Part shown: in pieces, positions 13,129 through 28,582 of the stretch
Layout of the letters: every line of letters begins with the position of its first letter
Numbering within the stretch: position 1 is the first letter of the stretch
DNA from: Octopus sinensis
Lineage: Eukaryota
DNA length: 64,000 nucleotides
Assembly (NCBI RefSeq): GCF_006345805.1
Contig: NC_043003.1
Coordinates: 4,650,001 to 4,714,000, forward strand
Direction of reading: 5' to 3'
Notes under the pieces: generated by a model
Database searches by the model: none
What the model saw: the letters and a program-made list of their open reading frames with translations, nothing else
What the model was told of the DNA's origin: nothing
Translations under genes and position numbers: made by a program

Positions 13129-13350
13129 AAACAGCAACAATAACAGCAGCAGCAGCAGCAGCAGCAGAAGCAGCAGCAACAGCAGCAGCAGAGAATATAT
13201 TTGAGAAGATTCAAAGAATGAGTTCATGAAGAATGAAAATAAAATATTTTCCAAATTATTATCATTATCATTATTATTATTATTAATATTATTATTATTA
13301 TCATTATCATTATTATCATTATTGTTATTATTATTATTATTATTATTGAT
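13098..13350. repeat. (CAA)n/(CAG)n and (ATT)n trinucleotide microsatellites
   Basis: Seen directly. Confidence 0.95.
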
Positions 13351-13546
13351 AAATTTGTTGTTGTTTTTGTCAGTATTGTGCTTTTTATTGTAAATTATTA
13401 AAATTTCGCCTCAGTCAATCGATGGTGTTTTCTTTCTTTTTCTGTCTTCTCGTCCTTTTTCTTCTTTTTAAACTTTGGATAAATTACATTTTAACAGGTG
13501 TTTACCCAACAGTATTGTACGGTGTCGGCGAACATATATGTACACA

Positions 13547-13582
<36 letters not shown>

Positions 13583-14038
13583 TATATGTATTTATATATA
13601 TATGCATGCACATACACATATAAACACATGTATATGTGCATGCATATATATATATATATTTGTATATACATATTTGTGTACGTATATATATATATATGTG
13701 TATATACACACACAAAAGTTCAGCTGTGCGTATATAAATGTATAAAACAATAGAAGCATTGGTGTATATATTTATATGAACAAATATATATGGTTATGTA
13801 TGTATGTATGTATGTATATATATATGTATATACGCATATATATGTATGTGTGTGTACATATATGTATATACATATATATCATATGAATACATATACATTC
13901 ATATACATAAATATATATATATATATAGATATATATACATATATATACATATACATATATATATACATATATATATATACATATGTATATACTATATATA
14001 TACATAAACATATATACATATATATGTATATACATATG

Positions 14039-14083
<45 letters not shown>

Positions 14084-14133
14084 CGTATATACAGGTGTGT
14101 TTGTGCGGTGATATATGTATGTGTGTGTAATAC

Positions 14134-14179
<46 letters not shown>

Positions 14180-14308
14180 GTATGTTTGTATGTGATTGTA
14201 TGCAGGTAGGTGAAAGTTAAGTTCATTTACCGTGTTGTGTGATGACCAATTTGAAGTGCACCAGAGATTGTGGAAGCAAACCGGAATGACATTGCTACAT
14301 CCGTGTAG

Positions 14309-14382
<74 letters not shown>

Positions 14383-14612
14383 GGAAACACACAAGCACGC
14401 ACACATGTTTTTACATACACACACACACACATACAGACATATATATATATATATATATATTTACGCGCCCACAGACTTATAAACACACGTGCATTTGTGT
14501 ATAGATCAATAGGTAAACTCTTTTACGAAGGTGGATGAGTTTGGAACGAGAAACTACAGCAAAACAAACAAAATAAACCATAATAATAACAAATAATAAT
14601 AATAATAATAAC

Positions 14613-14650
<38 letters not shown>

Positions 14651-14912
14651 TAATAAAGAATAAAGGATAAATAAATGAATATGGAGATGAAACAAAAGAG
14701 AAAGCGAAGGCACCGAAGATGGGTCTGCTGCAGTTGTGGCGGTGGCGGTGGCGGATGGTTTTAGTTGTCGGAGTTTGTTGTTATTATTCTAAGATATCAC
14801 ATCTCTGCTTTGATGTCGGCAGCTTTACTACCTTTCCACTGCTCTCGTTTACCCTATGACTTCTGTTTTAGCAGTGTGCACGGATGTATGTATGTATGTA
14901 TGTATGTATGTA

Positions 14913-14960
<48 letters not shown>

Positions 14961-14989
14961 TATATATATATATATTATATTTATATACA

Positions 14990-15033
<44 letters not shown>

Positions 15034-15037
15034 CATA

Positions 15038-15078
<41 letters not shown>

Positions 15079-15251
15079 TTATATATATATATATACATAT
15101 GTTTATATATATAGGTTTATATATATATATGTATACATATATATGTATGCACACATGCATATACATATTTACATACGCATACGTATATAAATGTATATAT
15201 ATATATACATCTATATAAACATATACATATATACACAGATATATATATAAT

Positions 15252-15288
<37 letters not shown>

Positions 15289-15524
15289 GTACATATAAAC
15301 ATATATATATACTGCATATATATATACAAATACACATGTGTATACACATAAATACATATATACACTCACATACACACACGTATATCTTTCTTTCCTCTCT
15401 TCTTTTTCTAAATACTAAGTTTGCTTTTACTTCTCTCCGTTTCTCTCTCTCTTTTTTTCTGTTATGCACTCTGTGTCTCTTAAATGATCCCTTGTCAGAT
15501 ACATTTGTGTGTGTGTGTGTGTGT

Positions 15525-15581
<57 letters not shown>

Positions 15582-15636
15582 TGTGTGTGTGAGTGTGTTT
15601 TTGTGCATTATACGCACACAAAGCAAATTAAATCTT

Positions 15637-16000
15637 AACAAGAGCACTGAGAGAGCGCAAACCCTCGCCAAGGCAACACCAAGGTCCTCTCAACGATTAA
15701 CCGGAGAGGAGTTTTAGAACGAGAATATCTGAAATAAACGCGACTACTATCACAAACGAGAATACTGAAATAAAACCCGGCCAGTTAAAAAAATTATATA
15801 AAAGAACCGGATAAATAATCCAGAATCCTTGTCCGGCGCCCCATCGATCCCAAAATATAATCAGTTTGTGCCAGTCACGAGGCCAAACATCCCTGAAAGT
15901 TTCATTTAAATCCATCGAGCGGGTCTTGCGATATTTTGTTCATGGACAAACAAGTATGACTGAAAACAATACCGCCGCCTTCGTTAAGGCGGAGGTAATA
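15637..16000 (-). mobile_element. Helentron-associated (HINE/DINE-1-like) non-autonomous element
   Basis: Minus strand starts TATTACCTCCGCCTTAACGAAGGCGGCGGT (palindrome) and ends CCTTGGCGAGGGTTTGCGCTCTCTCAGTGCTCTTGTT (sub-terminal inverted repeat plus hairpin). Confidence 0.65.
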
Positions 16001-16567
16001 TAATGATGTGTACCTCTTTTAGAAGCTCCTTTACACTACAGGTCGAATGGTATTCGCTGAGGGATTTTTTCTAAGAGAAGAATAATATTCTCTCTTGAAA
16101 CTTCGTTAGAAAAATGCCATTGAACCGAGTTTCAAGTGACTCCATCATACGCGAAATTTTGGTCTGATTCTGTCTCATCTTTGGCAGATGTTGTCTCGGA
16201 TATGTGTACCTAACTTTGCTCAATGTATATTTATATTGAAAATCTACCTAGAGAAAATATCTTCTCAAAGTCAAAATCTTGTAACTAATCCCTTCTACCT
16301 ATTAATTATTTTAAAATTTGGAAGTAAATATGAATAGGTTCGGAGATTCTTGTTCTCTTCTAACGTTTTACGCGTCAACTTGGGATTTGAACGATGTTAG
16401 AGAACGGTGGAATTATTGGCGCGTTACCTGACATTTTTCGAAAGAGTTCAGACTTTCGGAATAGTTTGTTTTGCATCGGAGGACAGATTCCTACACCCGC
16501 CCTTCATATACACACAAACATACAAACATATTCAGCTGTTTCGGAATTTTCAGCTTCTATATCCTGA

Positions 16568-16900
16568 TCTTTTACTCTTTTACTTGTTTCAGTCATTTGA
16601 CTGCGGCCATGCTGGAGCACCGCCTTTAATCGAGCAATTCGACCCCGGGACTTATTCTTTTGTAAGCCCAGTACTTATTCTATCGGTCTCTTTTGCCGAA
16701 TCGCTAAGTAACGGGGACATAAACACACCAGCATCGGTTGTCAAGCAATGCTAGGGGGACAAACACAGACACACAAACACACACACATATATATATATAT
16801 ATATACATATATACGACAGGCTTCTTTCAGTTTCCGTCTACCAAATCCACTCACAAGGCTTTGGTCGGCCCGAGGCTATAGTAGAAGACACTTGCCCAAG
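16568..16900 (-). mobile_element. Family-A SINE, 5'-truncated, low divergence
   Basis: Close reverse-complement match to ~10190-10520. Confidence 0.9.
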
Positions 16901-18723
16901 GAGTAATTCCCATTTAAACTAATAATTGGTGCACGTGGGTTTTTTGAGTAAATATGCAAGTGACAACCATTTTAAGCTCGGGTTTTCAGAAAAATAAATC
17001 AATCAACTCGCACATTAGAAATGCAATCTGTAAGCGGAACAGTAAAACTATGCAATACTTTTTTCAAGTTCAAAATGTGAAATTGTCTTCGTTACCTACA
17101 TTCCAAAGACAGAACTTTGCATTTTTGTTGGAATCTAGCTCCTTCCTCAGATAAAGAATTGAAATAATTAAAAACAGAAGAAAACGTACATACAGATAGA
17201 CATACAGACACATACTACTGTTTCGTTAAGCTAAGATCAACATAAAACGTATTCCATCCAGCGAGAGATAAATATCATTTACTGTACACAGTACAAAGAT
17301 ACGAGCTTCTAATAGTTTCTTGCCTTGGTGACACGTGTCTAAGCGAGATTTTATATGACGCCTTGGAGACACAAAAGCAAGAAACTGTTAGTAGCTCGTA
17401 TCTTTTTACTGTATGCATTAATTGATGTATTTGTGTGTACACACACACATACACATACGCGCACGCATACATACAGGAAAATGAGTTGCCTTGAGGGTAT
17501 AAAATAGATAAAAATGTTGAAAGTGCCGTTTGATGAACATCCACGTTATGAAAATTCACTTACTTTAGTGGTTTTGGAATTTCTTAATTTGTTCGATTTT
17601 CAAAAATAATGAAATATGGAGGGGTTCAGCGCAGATACTTTGTGCTGCGATTCTTCTCTTGAAGGTTTCAAATTTCTCTGACGGTTTCAAATTATAAGCA
17701 TTATTATAGTGACCTCAGATCTTCTGTTAGCTCTTCATGTATGTGTATGCGTGCTTGTACGTATACATGTGTGTATATATATATGCATGTGTATATGTAT
17801 AAATATACTTCAGTATGTATGCATGTATACTCATATTTACTGAATGGATAAGAGCCTAACATCCCGTTATCGGGTCTGTAGATTCGATTCCACGAAACGA
17901 ATCTCTGAGCAAGCGTCAACCGAATTCTCTTGAATATAATATTTGTTGATGGGATCTGTGTGAACGTGTTTCGAACAAACTGCGCCTGTCTCGAGGTGAG
18001 GTTGAAGTTAATCCAACGCCCGATTCGCGTCTTGTTTCTGCTCCTTGGGGGATTTTTTTGGGGGGGAGTCTAGTTTGGTGTAGATATCTGCACAAATTAT
18101 CTAACCCGAGAACAACTCGAAGATTGAAAAACTTCACTCCCTGTTATAGAACTCATAAATTCTGAGGCCCTTACTCGTATCAGGGACTGAGATTTCACAA
18201 TAAGATATTGGAAGGTTCTCTTCGTCATTTAACTAAAAATAAGATCAATGAGATGAAATTAGAAAAGAACAGTTTCTCTACTTACGTTGCCCACGTGGGA
18301 AAGGACTGCAACCGCTTCCTCTTGGAGCTATGAAATCTAATCCGTCTCCTTTAACACATTCTATTTCCAAACGGGATCGCCTCCATTCATGTTCACAGAC
18401 ATCCTGAAACGAAGAATTCATAAACGAACGTTAAAGATACAGAGTAACAGATTAAATAGAAACAATTGGCACATCATGAACATGGAACCTACGATCCCAG
18501 CATTTTGATGACATTGAAGGTCCTCAGTCTTTAGGTCTCTTTACAATTAACATATATATAGCGGATCTATTTCTAGCATAGGGGTGTCCACATAGTGGTT
18601 TCCCTCTAATATGTATATAATGCAATTTTACTGAACCTTCAGTTCTTTTTATATGCTAGACCACTGGTGTGAAATCTATGTTAATTAAATTAATATCTAA
18701 TTTCTTACCCTCATTTTAAATTC

Positions 18724-18758
<35 letters not shown>

Positions 18759-19488
18759 CTGTCATACAGACACACACGTGTATGTGTGTGTGTGTGTATT
18801 TGTGTATATGTGTGCTTGTAATTGTTTCATGTAATCGTTTTGTGCTCTTGTAAGAATTTCCTGTCCCCTATAATCACCAGCTGAAAAATGAGAGATTTCT
18901 CACGACCCCCAAAAGGGAGCGTCGTAATGTGAAAGAGGGAAAAACGCAACGGTATTCACCCCCCCTCCCGATTCTTTATGTTCTGATGTTCTGAGTTCAA
19001 ATTGAACCGAGGTCAAGTTGGTTACCAAACCATTCAGGGTCGGTAAACTAAAATACGACAGTCAATTTCAAATACAAACCCACGTCTACAAAACTGTTGC
19101 CTTAAATTCTGGTCGAAATTCTTATCTTTGCCAAAGATTTCTTAGTTACACACATTACATATAAAATACAAACAGAAGAAAAAAAACTGATTATTCTAAA
19201 CTAAATATTTTATCTAAATATTAACTCTGAAAAATCTTATAACAATATTGTATTTATTTTTTTAATAATTCCTGGCTCATTCTCATTCTCCCCTACTCTC
19301 TCTCTCTCTCTTTCCTATTTCTCATTATCACTGTCTTTCATCTGTACTCTGAGACATTTAAACAAACACTCAAACACAAACATACATGACAGATGAACAG
19401 GAAATATATATGTTTACACATAAGTATATACATATGTATAGACATACACACACACACGCATATATATATATATATATATATAAATATA

Positions 19489-19605
19489 TATCACGTGATC
19501 ACGTGACCGACCAGACCATCAGATGTTGCTACACATCGCTGGTCATAATGCGTTCGCATTGTTTTAGCCTTCGAATGACGCCACCCCGCTGGCTAAGCCA
19601 GCAGG

Positions 19606-19609
<4 letters not shown>
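19489..19609. repeat. Short structured insert inside a (TA)n tract
   Basis: Begins with palindrome tcacgtgatcacgtga, ends near hairpin ctggctaagccag; (TA)n on both sides. Confidence 0.5.
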
Positions 19610-19655
<46 letters not shown>

Positions 19656-19904
19656 CATATCTATTTCAGTATCTGCATGCATATACACAGACAGGCGAGA
19701 CAGGCTGAGATATCTCATTGTTTGTTGCCCAACAACGTCACAGAAATCAGTCTCAGACAGAAAATCACTTTCCGTTTGGAATAATGTTCCTCTGAATATC
19801 CAAAAAAGAAACTCGGAGTAATGCTTCTTCAAATTCCATATGGCCCGAAACACACTGTTTACATCACTCCGTTTCTTTCACCCTACACACACCTGTATAC
19901 ATAA

Positions 19905-20012
19905 GGAGAGTGTACAAAACAAACAGATGTATTAGTATAACGCTCAGGAATAGAGAAAGTATTTTACGTTTCGAGCCTACGCTCTTCCACAGAAAGGAAA
20001 CAGAAACAAGGA
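19905..20012 (-). mobile_element. Penelope-like short repeat with variant minimal hammerhead (19961-19996)
   Basis: Minus strand CUUU-CUGUGGA-A-GAGC-GUAG-GCUC-GAAA-CG-UA-AAAU. Confidence 0.65.
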
Positions 20013-20030
20013 GGCACACACACATATAAT

Positions 20031-20355
20031 AATTGGCACTCCGTCGGCTACGACAAGGAAGAGTCCAGGTGATCCGATCAACAGAACAGCCTGCTCGTGA
20101 GATTCCTGTGTAAGTGGCTGAACACTCCACAGACACGTGTACCCTTCACGTAGTTTTCAAGGGGATTCAATGTGACACAGAATATGACAAGGTCGGCCCT
20201 TTGAACCACAGTTGCAACTAATTTTTGCCAGCTGAGTGGACTGGAGAAATGTGAAATAAAGGGACTTGTTCAAGGACACAACGCAGCCGCCGGGAATCGA
20301 ATTCATGACCTTCCGATCGTCAGACGAGTGCTCTAACCACTGAGCAATACGCCTT
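20031..20355 (-). mobile_element. tRNA-headed SINE family C (possibly Nin/Deu-like domain)
   Basis: tRNA-like head (gctcagtggttagagcac...aattcgattccc); homologous to 44795-45096. Confidence 0.8.
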
Positions 20356-21117
20356 AATTCCGACACCCCCTCATACATACACGTATATATATATATGAAT
20401 TTATATATGTACATGAATATATATATGAGCATATATTTACACACACATGCATAAATATATGAATATATATATCTACATATATTGCCACACATTTGCATAT
20501 ATATATACATATATATATTCATATACACACACACATATATATATATATATATAAGTATATACATATATACATATATATATTCATATACACATACATATAT
20601 ATATATGGATATACGTACATATACATATATACGTGTATATATATATACATATATGTATACATATATACATATACACACGCATACACAGGTATACGCTCAC
20701 ATGCACGCGCGCGCACACAAATATATATACATTTAATAATATTTAAACAGGTGAGTAGAGAGAAAATAATTCACCATCGCCGCCACACAAACAACTATAT
20801 TAAATTAAATTTGTGCAATATTTTTGTGAAATAATGTTTGTTGAATATCTTGAGTTAAATGTAATAAGTTCAACATTCGTATCTAATATATGTACATACG
20901 TAGGGAGAAGTGTGCATAGATACATAAACATATATGTATATATATATATATATATGTATGTATATATATACGTACACACGTAAGTACACTGTACATATAC
21001 TCAATTATGTTCAATAAATTTATATGTATGTTTGTGTATACACATATGCATATATGCCTACATAAACATACGCATTGATGCATCGATGCCTACGTATATA
21101 TTTATAAATATATATAT

Positions 21118-21171
<54 letters not shown>

Positions 21172-21235
21172 TCTATATATATATATATCCTCTCTATATA
21201 AATGTATATATATATATGTGTATATATGTATATTA

Positions 21236-21296
<61 letters not shown>

Positions 21297-21441
21297 TATA
21301 TATATATATATATGTATATATGTATATATATTCTATGTATGTAAGTACATATGTATGTATTTATTACATAATTTAGAGATGCGATAATGACTCAGGGCCT
21401 AGCTTTTCGTGTTATTGTATCATGTCGGCATATGTAAGATA

Positions 21442-21480
<39 letters not shown>

Positions 21481-21823
21481 TGATGATGATGACGATGATG
21501 ATGAAACTAATAATAGCAATAACATTAACGATATTAACAACGACAGTAACAATATTAATGGTAACAATATTAATGATAATAATAATAATAACCTTAACGT
21601 CGATAATGATAACATCATGACTACTAATAATTATATTTTGTATACATACGTTCATACATATATACGTAAATATATGCATATATGTACATAGATGCATATG
21701 TTTGTGCGCGTGTGTTTTTAACGATATACTATAAATATCTTCACTATAACAACATACATTTTTATGGGTGTGAATGTTAGAATGTTAGAAGTGTTTGTAC
21801 GTGAGAGTGAATATATATATATG

Positions 21824-21894
<71 letters not shown>

Positions 21895-23336
21895 GCATGT
21901 ATATATAAATATATATATATATATGTATATGCTATATAAATAAATAATATCTATATATATATATATATATATATATATAACTATAAAGAATATATATATG
22001 TATATGCATGTTGTATATAAATATATATTTATATATATACATGAATATATATATGTATATGCATGTATATACATGAATATATATATATATGTATATGCAT
22101 GTATATAAATATATATATATATATATATTTGCATGTATATAAATATATATATATGCATGTATATATATGCATGTATATATATGCATGTGTATACACGCAC
22201 ATACACTCACACACACACATATGTGTGTGCATATCCATGGAGCAGTATACACTCCGCTGCTCTCCTTCAACGATATCTAATAATGTTTATCAATGTTTCT
22301 CGCTATCAGAAACGCTAAATGAATATCATTATATAACCTGATTATATTAACTCAGTCAGCTAATTAGCTTTCTCAATGACATTAGATTAACTCTCTCTCT
22401 CATCTTACAGGCACGCACATACACACACTCACCCGCACATACATATACACATAAACATACATACATATACACACACTGCATATATACATTTGTCATTTAT
22501 TCTCCCTCTTTGTCGTTTCTTCTCTCTGAGTCTCTGTGTTTGTGTCTGTCTCCTTCTTTCTACATCTGTAACATCTGTAACATCTGTTTATATTTCAGGA
22601 TATATGCCTTCTTTTCTATTTCTCACTGTGTGCGTATTATGCATGCATACATGTATGTATGTATGTATATATGTATGTATGTATGTTGGCATGTGTACAT
22701 GTCTGCGTTTATATATTTCTGTATGTATGTATGTGTGTATGTGTTTGTGTTTATGTGTGTATGCGTGTATGTATGCAGATATGTATGTATACGTACATGC
22801 TTATAAATTTACATACATATATGCATATATTCATATGCATGCATTTATATGCATGTACACATGTATATATATATGCATATGTTTATATATATATATATAT
22901 ATGTATATGCATGTACATATGTATGTGTGTATCTATATATAAAAACCAGCAATATACATACATATATGTATGTATATTGCAGGTTTGTATATGGTTTGTA
23001 TATACATATATATATGTATATATATACAAACTATATATATATATATGTGCATATATATACACACATACATATGAGCAAGCATATACATACATATGTATAC
23101 ATACATATATAATAACATACATATATACATATATATCGTTCGACATTTATGTATACATACATACATACATATATATATATACATATGTACGTACATATAT
23201 TTATCCATACATGCACACACATATATGTGTGGGGGTGTATGTAAGTATGTAAGTATGTGTTTGTATAGATGCAATCATGTCTGTGAGTGCGTGTCTAATC
23301 ATACACACACATAAATGAATTAATAAATTCAATAAG

Positions 23337-23370
<34 letters not shown>

Positions 23371-23536
23371 GTCATTTAATTTATTTATTTATTAAAACAT
23401 TAATTTATGCACACTCACAAACACCCCCATAAATATATGTACACATATATGTATATATATAAGGATCTGTATATATTTAAGCGTTTTCGTTAGTAAATGC
23501 GTGTCTGCCTATGTATCTGTATACGTATGTATGCAT

Positions 23537-23576
<40 letters not shown>

Positions 23577-24399
23577 TATATCTGTGTATGTGCACGTATG
23601 TATTCATGTATGTATGCATGTATGTATATATGTAAGTATGCATGTATGTGTGTGTGTATGTATATATGTGAATGTATGTATGTATGCCTGTGTATATGTA
23701 TACTGAAACGTGTATATAAGGAAGTTCTCTTCCTGATTGTATTTTAAACATTTTGACGGCCATGTTTTGATCGTTGAAACGTAAGAATCTTTCATTTTTC
23801 TGTTAGCAAATATTTGCTGAACTATGCAACTTTTGCAGTGTAAGAGGGTCTTTTTCACTTTAGCTTCCCTCGGTGTCATCTGTTGTTTAACGATTATTCA
23901 AAGGCCTTTCTCTCTAGCTCGCCATATTGCTACTATTTCTTGATCCAGCCGCTTCGTTGATCTTCGGTGTAAATGTGAACGTGTATTTGCGACCTTGCAC
24001 TAGCCAACTCCTCATCACTGGTCTACAAATATTTACCATTTACAGTGGTTTTCTTACAACAATGATGTCACCTGGTCAGCTGGCTTCCATACCAAAGTAT
24101 GCTTGCATTATATAACACACAGGATACAATGGCAGTTTGTTATATTTTATGTAGTTGTATGGCAATTGTACGCAGTACATTGTTGGCTGCCATTAGCAAA
24201 TAGTCCGACAACAAATATGGTCTTCAGGGTTGTGGGAGAGGGAACGTCAAAAATTGAAATTATTTAAGTTAAAATGAGATATAGTGTCCATAAGTGTTGA
24301 TAACTCTGGTACTCTCTCTTTTGAACGTAAGCAAATATATTTGGAAGTTGTGGGACGAAGAGCAAAACAGCAAAGCTATGCTCGCACATTAATGTATAC

Positions 24400-25830
24400 T
24401 TGTTTCTGTAATTTATTAAAACAAAATCCAGCGTTGAGCAATTAAATACTTCTTCGACAACATCTTGTTGCTTTTCGATGCACTCCTTCCATCGGCTCTC
24501 AAGATTATTTATTCCATCGGGGAGGTTTATCGGTTGGTCGCGCAGCCATTTATGCCCTGCTTCCTTCGCTTCATCGTCCATAGATAATTAACGATCTCAT
24601 AAAGGATGTTTGAACGGTCAAAAGAGATAACAGTCGCAAGGAGGGAGATCTGGACTATATATAAGGCGGCGAGCTGACAGATACGTTAGCACGCCGGGCG
24701 AAATGCGTAGCCGTATTTTGTCTGCCGTTACGTTCTGAGTTCAAATTCCGCCCAGGTTGACTTTGCCTTTCATCCTTTCGGGGTCGATGAAATAAGTACC
24801 AGTTACGCACTGGGGTCGATGTAATCGACTTAATCCCTTTGTCTGTCCTTGTTTGTCCTCCCTGTATTTATCCCCTTGTGGGTAGTAAAGAAATAGGTAT
24901 ATAGGGTGTTTCAGCAACAACCTGATTTTCAGTAGTTTCAACGGTGTGGCGGTCGGATGCGGGCATGAATTTTCGTGCACCAATAACATTTAGTTTGGCA
25001 ATAAAACTCGGCGTTTGATGCGAATTGCTGGTTAAAGTTTGTTGATAACCTACGCTTGTGACTGTAGACCCCCTTTTCCAGATAATGTTCCAATATAAGT
25101 AATTTTGCGTCCCCCACAAACGGTTAGCATCCCTTTTTCTGGGGAAGATTGAGTCTCGAATCTTTTTTCGCTGGCGATAACGGGTATTACCATTCCATAC
25201 TCTGCCTTTGGACTCTGGCTGAAAGTGAAGGGCCCAGGTCTCATCTCCTGTGACTATTCTTCCCAAACGAGCTTCATCTTAATCGTTATAGCGGTTGAGT
25301 AAGCTTTGAGAGATCTCCCAGCCCTCCATTGCGCCAAGGTGCTTCAGTACACTATCTTGGTTCCCATCTCTCAGAAAGTTTATAAAAGTGAAGCTTTTTG
25401 TGAATGATTTCGTATGCAGAATTATGACGAATTTGCAGAGAGCATGCCATTTCATCGGTGGTCACTCGTCGGTTCGCCAGATCCATCTTTAGAGATGATT
25501 GAAGTTTTCACATCAGTCTTAGAGATTAATGGGCATCCTGTTCCCTCTTCATGCTTCTCGCTTGTTTGGCTATTCTCGATCTATTCACACAGTTTTACGT
25601 GATAAGAGCGCTGTCCTTGTATTGTACGGAAAGCCTGCGATGAATTTTAGTCCCTGACACAACCTCGGACCAGAGAAATTGGATTACTCATCTCTGTTCT
25701 TCTTTGCTGCGCAAAAGCAAGCAGAACGGTCGTGCTTATTCTGTAACGCAAGAAAGGAAGCTGACGACAAGAATACCATGTTTTCGCATGGGAGCGCTGA
25801 AGGTAGTGCAGCCAACCTAAAGGTGAATGC
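24400..25830 (-). pseudogene. Decayed mariner-family transposase gene, interrupted by a SINE
   Basis: Motifs RIVTGDETW, LVHENSCPH, LKHPI/YSPDLPPCDCYLF and GINNLESRWKECIE in order, with frameshifts. Confidence 0.9.
24665..24900 (+). mobile_element. Family-B SINE inserted at tatata inside the mariner YSPDL motif
   Basis: ggcggcgagctgacaga...aaagaaataggtat; tatata on both sides. Confidence 0.9.
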
Positions 25831-25835
25831 ATTGC

Positions 25836-25884
<49 letters not shown>

Positions 25885-25932
25885 GTGTGTGTGTGTGTGT
25901 GTATGTATGTTTGTGTGTGTGTTAGTCTGTGA

Positions 25933-26284
<352 letters not shown>

Positions 26285-26493
26285 CGCACGCGCGTTTCGC
26301 CTCGATTTGACTAGGTACCTCAATCTGATATCGTGTATAACGTTGCCTTCGTTTTGCTTGAAAGTGCGACTGGCTAGACTTGGTTGAAAATCTTTTGTGG
26401 TGATGAAACTTTGATTTGAATTTACCTCCAACAGTATCTATGCAACACTTCTTTTCACCTGTCTGATTTCTTTTTGCAGATAACTCAGAATAT

Positions 26494-26752
26494 TCGAGGT
26501 GTTGTCAAAAGGTTTCTAGACTAGTTCTGTAGCATGCCAACAGATGTCAGCACATGTTTCCGTGCGCATTGAGAGCTAGCAATGACCTTCATGAAGCACT
26601 TTGTCGAGAGATATAGCTGTGTTTACTTCGTAAGTTGGGAAATTTGTGTTTTTGTGATCTCGTTTTTGCTGTAGTCTACGATTTCGTTACAGGCAGGAAG
26701 TTGGAACAACGAGCCAACGTGAAATTTTGCGTTAAACTTGGTAAGACTGCTA
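26494..26752 (+). mobile_element. Mariner 5' end with start of transposase
   Basis: TIR-like cgaggtgttgtcaaaagg; translation LEQRANVKFCVKLGKTA. Confidence 0.75.
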
Positions 26753-27096
26753 TATTTTGAATGCCTAGTCTAAGAGACGAAAGAGCGTTTGGTAGGAGAA
26801 CAATTCCGATTGACCTGTAAAGTAGGTCTGTTGGTGACGAGTGCATTCATGTTGGAAATATTAATATAACGGGACATTTACTGAATCATTCCAACATTTA
26901 TCAGTAAATGAGAAATGCGAATGTAAAAGGACCAAGAATGAAGACTTCTTTAGCTACAAACCTAAACAATGTCAGCTTGTGGTGTGTGTCACTGGATCCA
27001 AAAGAAGCTACATGAAATCTTTCATGAAGTAAATTACGACATAAAGGAATATTCCCGTTACTCACCCTTCCATTGTGATACCCAGACTTAAATATT

Positions 27097-27509
27097 TATT
27101 TCTTTATTGCCCACAAGGGGCTAAATACAGAGGGGACAAACAAGGACAGACAAAGAGATTAAGTCGATTACATCGACCCCAGTGTGCAACTGGTACTTAT
27201 TTTATCGACCCCGAAATGATGAAAGGCAAAGTCGACCTCGGCGGAATTTGAACTCAGAACGTAACAGCAACGAAATACCTATTTCTTTACTACCCACAGG
27301 GGGCTAAATACAGAGGGGACAAACAAGGACAGACAAATGGATTAAATCGATTACATCGACCCCAGTGTGCAACTGGTACTTATTTTATCGACCCCGAAAG
27401 GATGAAAGGCAAAGTCGACCTCGGCGGAATTTGAACTCAGAACGTAGCGGCAGACGAAATACTGCTAAGCATTTCGCCCGGTGTGCTAGCGTTTCTGCCA
27501 GCTCGCCAC
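27097..27509 (-). mobile_element. Family-B SINE with tandem duplication of its ~183-bp 3' portion
   Basis: Units 27097-27279 and 27280-~27460 are near-identical; junction at cgaaatacc/tatttcttt. Confidence 0.9.
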
Positions 27510-27529
27510 CTTTCTTTTTTGTTCCTTTT

Positions 27530-27682
27530 TTAACAACGGAGTTCACCCCCCGCCGCACCGGACTCTCGTGGAGCTTAGGTGTTTTTGCTCAATAAACATT
27601 CACAATGCCCGGTCTGAGAATCGAAACCGCGTTCTTACGACCGCGAGTCCGCTGCCCTAACCACTGTGCCATTGCATCTCCA
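27530..27682 (-). mobile_element. Short tRNA-headed SINE family D
   Basis: Homologous to 49955-50112 (cagtggttagggcagcggactcgcgg...ggtttcgatt). Confidence 0.8.
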
Positions 27683-28039
27683 CTGAGGACGAAGTACCGG
27701 TAAGCATTTTAACCGGCACGGCAACAACTCTTTCTTCTCGCCATCTGGAACACAGTGTTTAATATTAGGAGGGTAGTCATTAGTCTTACTTAATCTTCGA
27801 CAACTTTCGATAGTAAGGACTTTACAGTAGTAAAGCATTTGCAGATATTAGTTTACAGAAGAAAATTTTGCGCCATCTCTGCGTACCCAAATCCCGTAAA
27901 AGGTCCGGAAAAGTTATTTGATTCACACAAGATTGATCCATAATCGTTAACATTGTAGGCAAGACATTTCTGATGGAATTAATGTTATTTTCAAATCTTA
28001 AAAAAATTCAATATGGACATAACACCACATACTGATAAA

Positions 28040-28440
28040 ACTAAATAAGCTGTATACCGCTTGAGAAAACAATTACTGGAATGAATGCTTAGATATATGC
28101 TGGTTTCACTTTGAAACGTGGGTGGGAAAGAGCAGATTGCAGGGACATAGAATTGCCAAACGGAGAGCAAACAGCAGACCCAAATGATACTAGGTACAAG
28201 TACCTTGGGATACTGGAACTGGACAATATTTTGCATAGAGAAATGAAAGACAAGGTCCACGCTGCATATTTGAAGTACCTCAAATTATTCTTGAAGACAA
28301 ACCCCAACGCTTTCGAGATATCTTACAATCTTGGGGTATCACAAAAATTGGCTTTACTTAAAACTGAGCTCATACTGCGTAAAATACTGCCTGTCTGTTG
28401 GGACTTGACATACAGTACAAACCCCTGCTACACACAATAT
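28040..28440 (+). mobile_element. Dong/R4-like non-LTR retrotransposon remnant, internally deleted, followed by (AAT)n
   Basis: IELPNGE...YKYLGILELDNILHREMKDKV fused to C-terminal QKLALLKTELILRKIL. Confidence 0.75.
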
Positions 28441-28475
28441 CTTGAAACTATATATATATACTGTACGACGTTTTC

Positions 28476-28510
<35 letters not shown>

Positions 28511-28582
28511 TAATAACAATAATAATAACAATAATAATAATAATAGTAATAATAATAATAATAGTAAAGTTAATAACAATAA

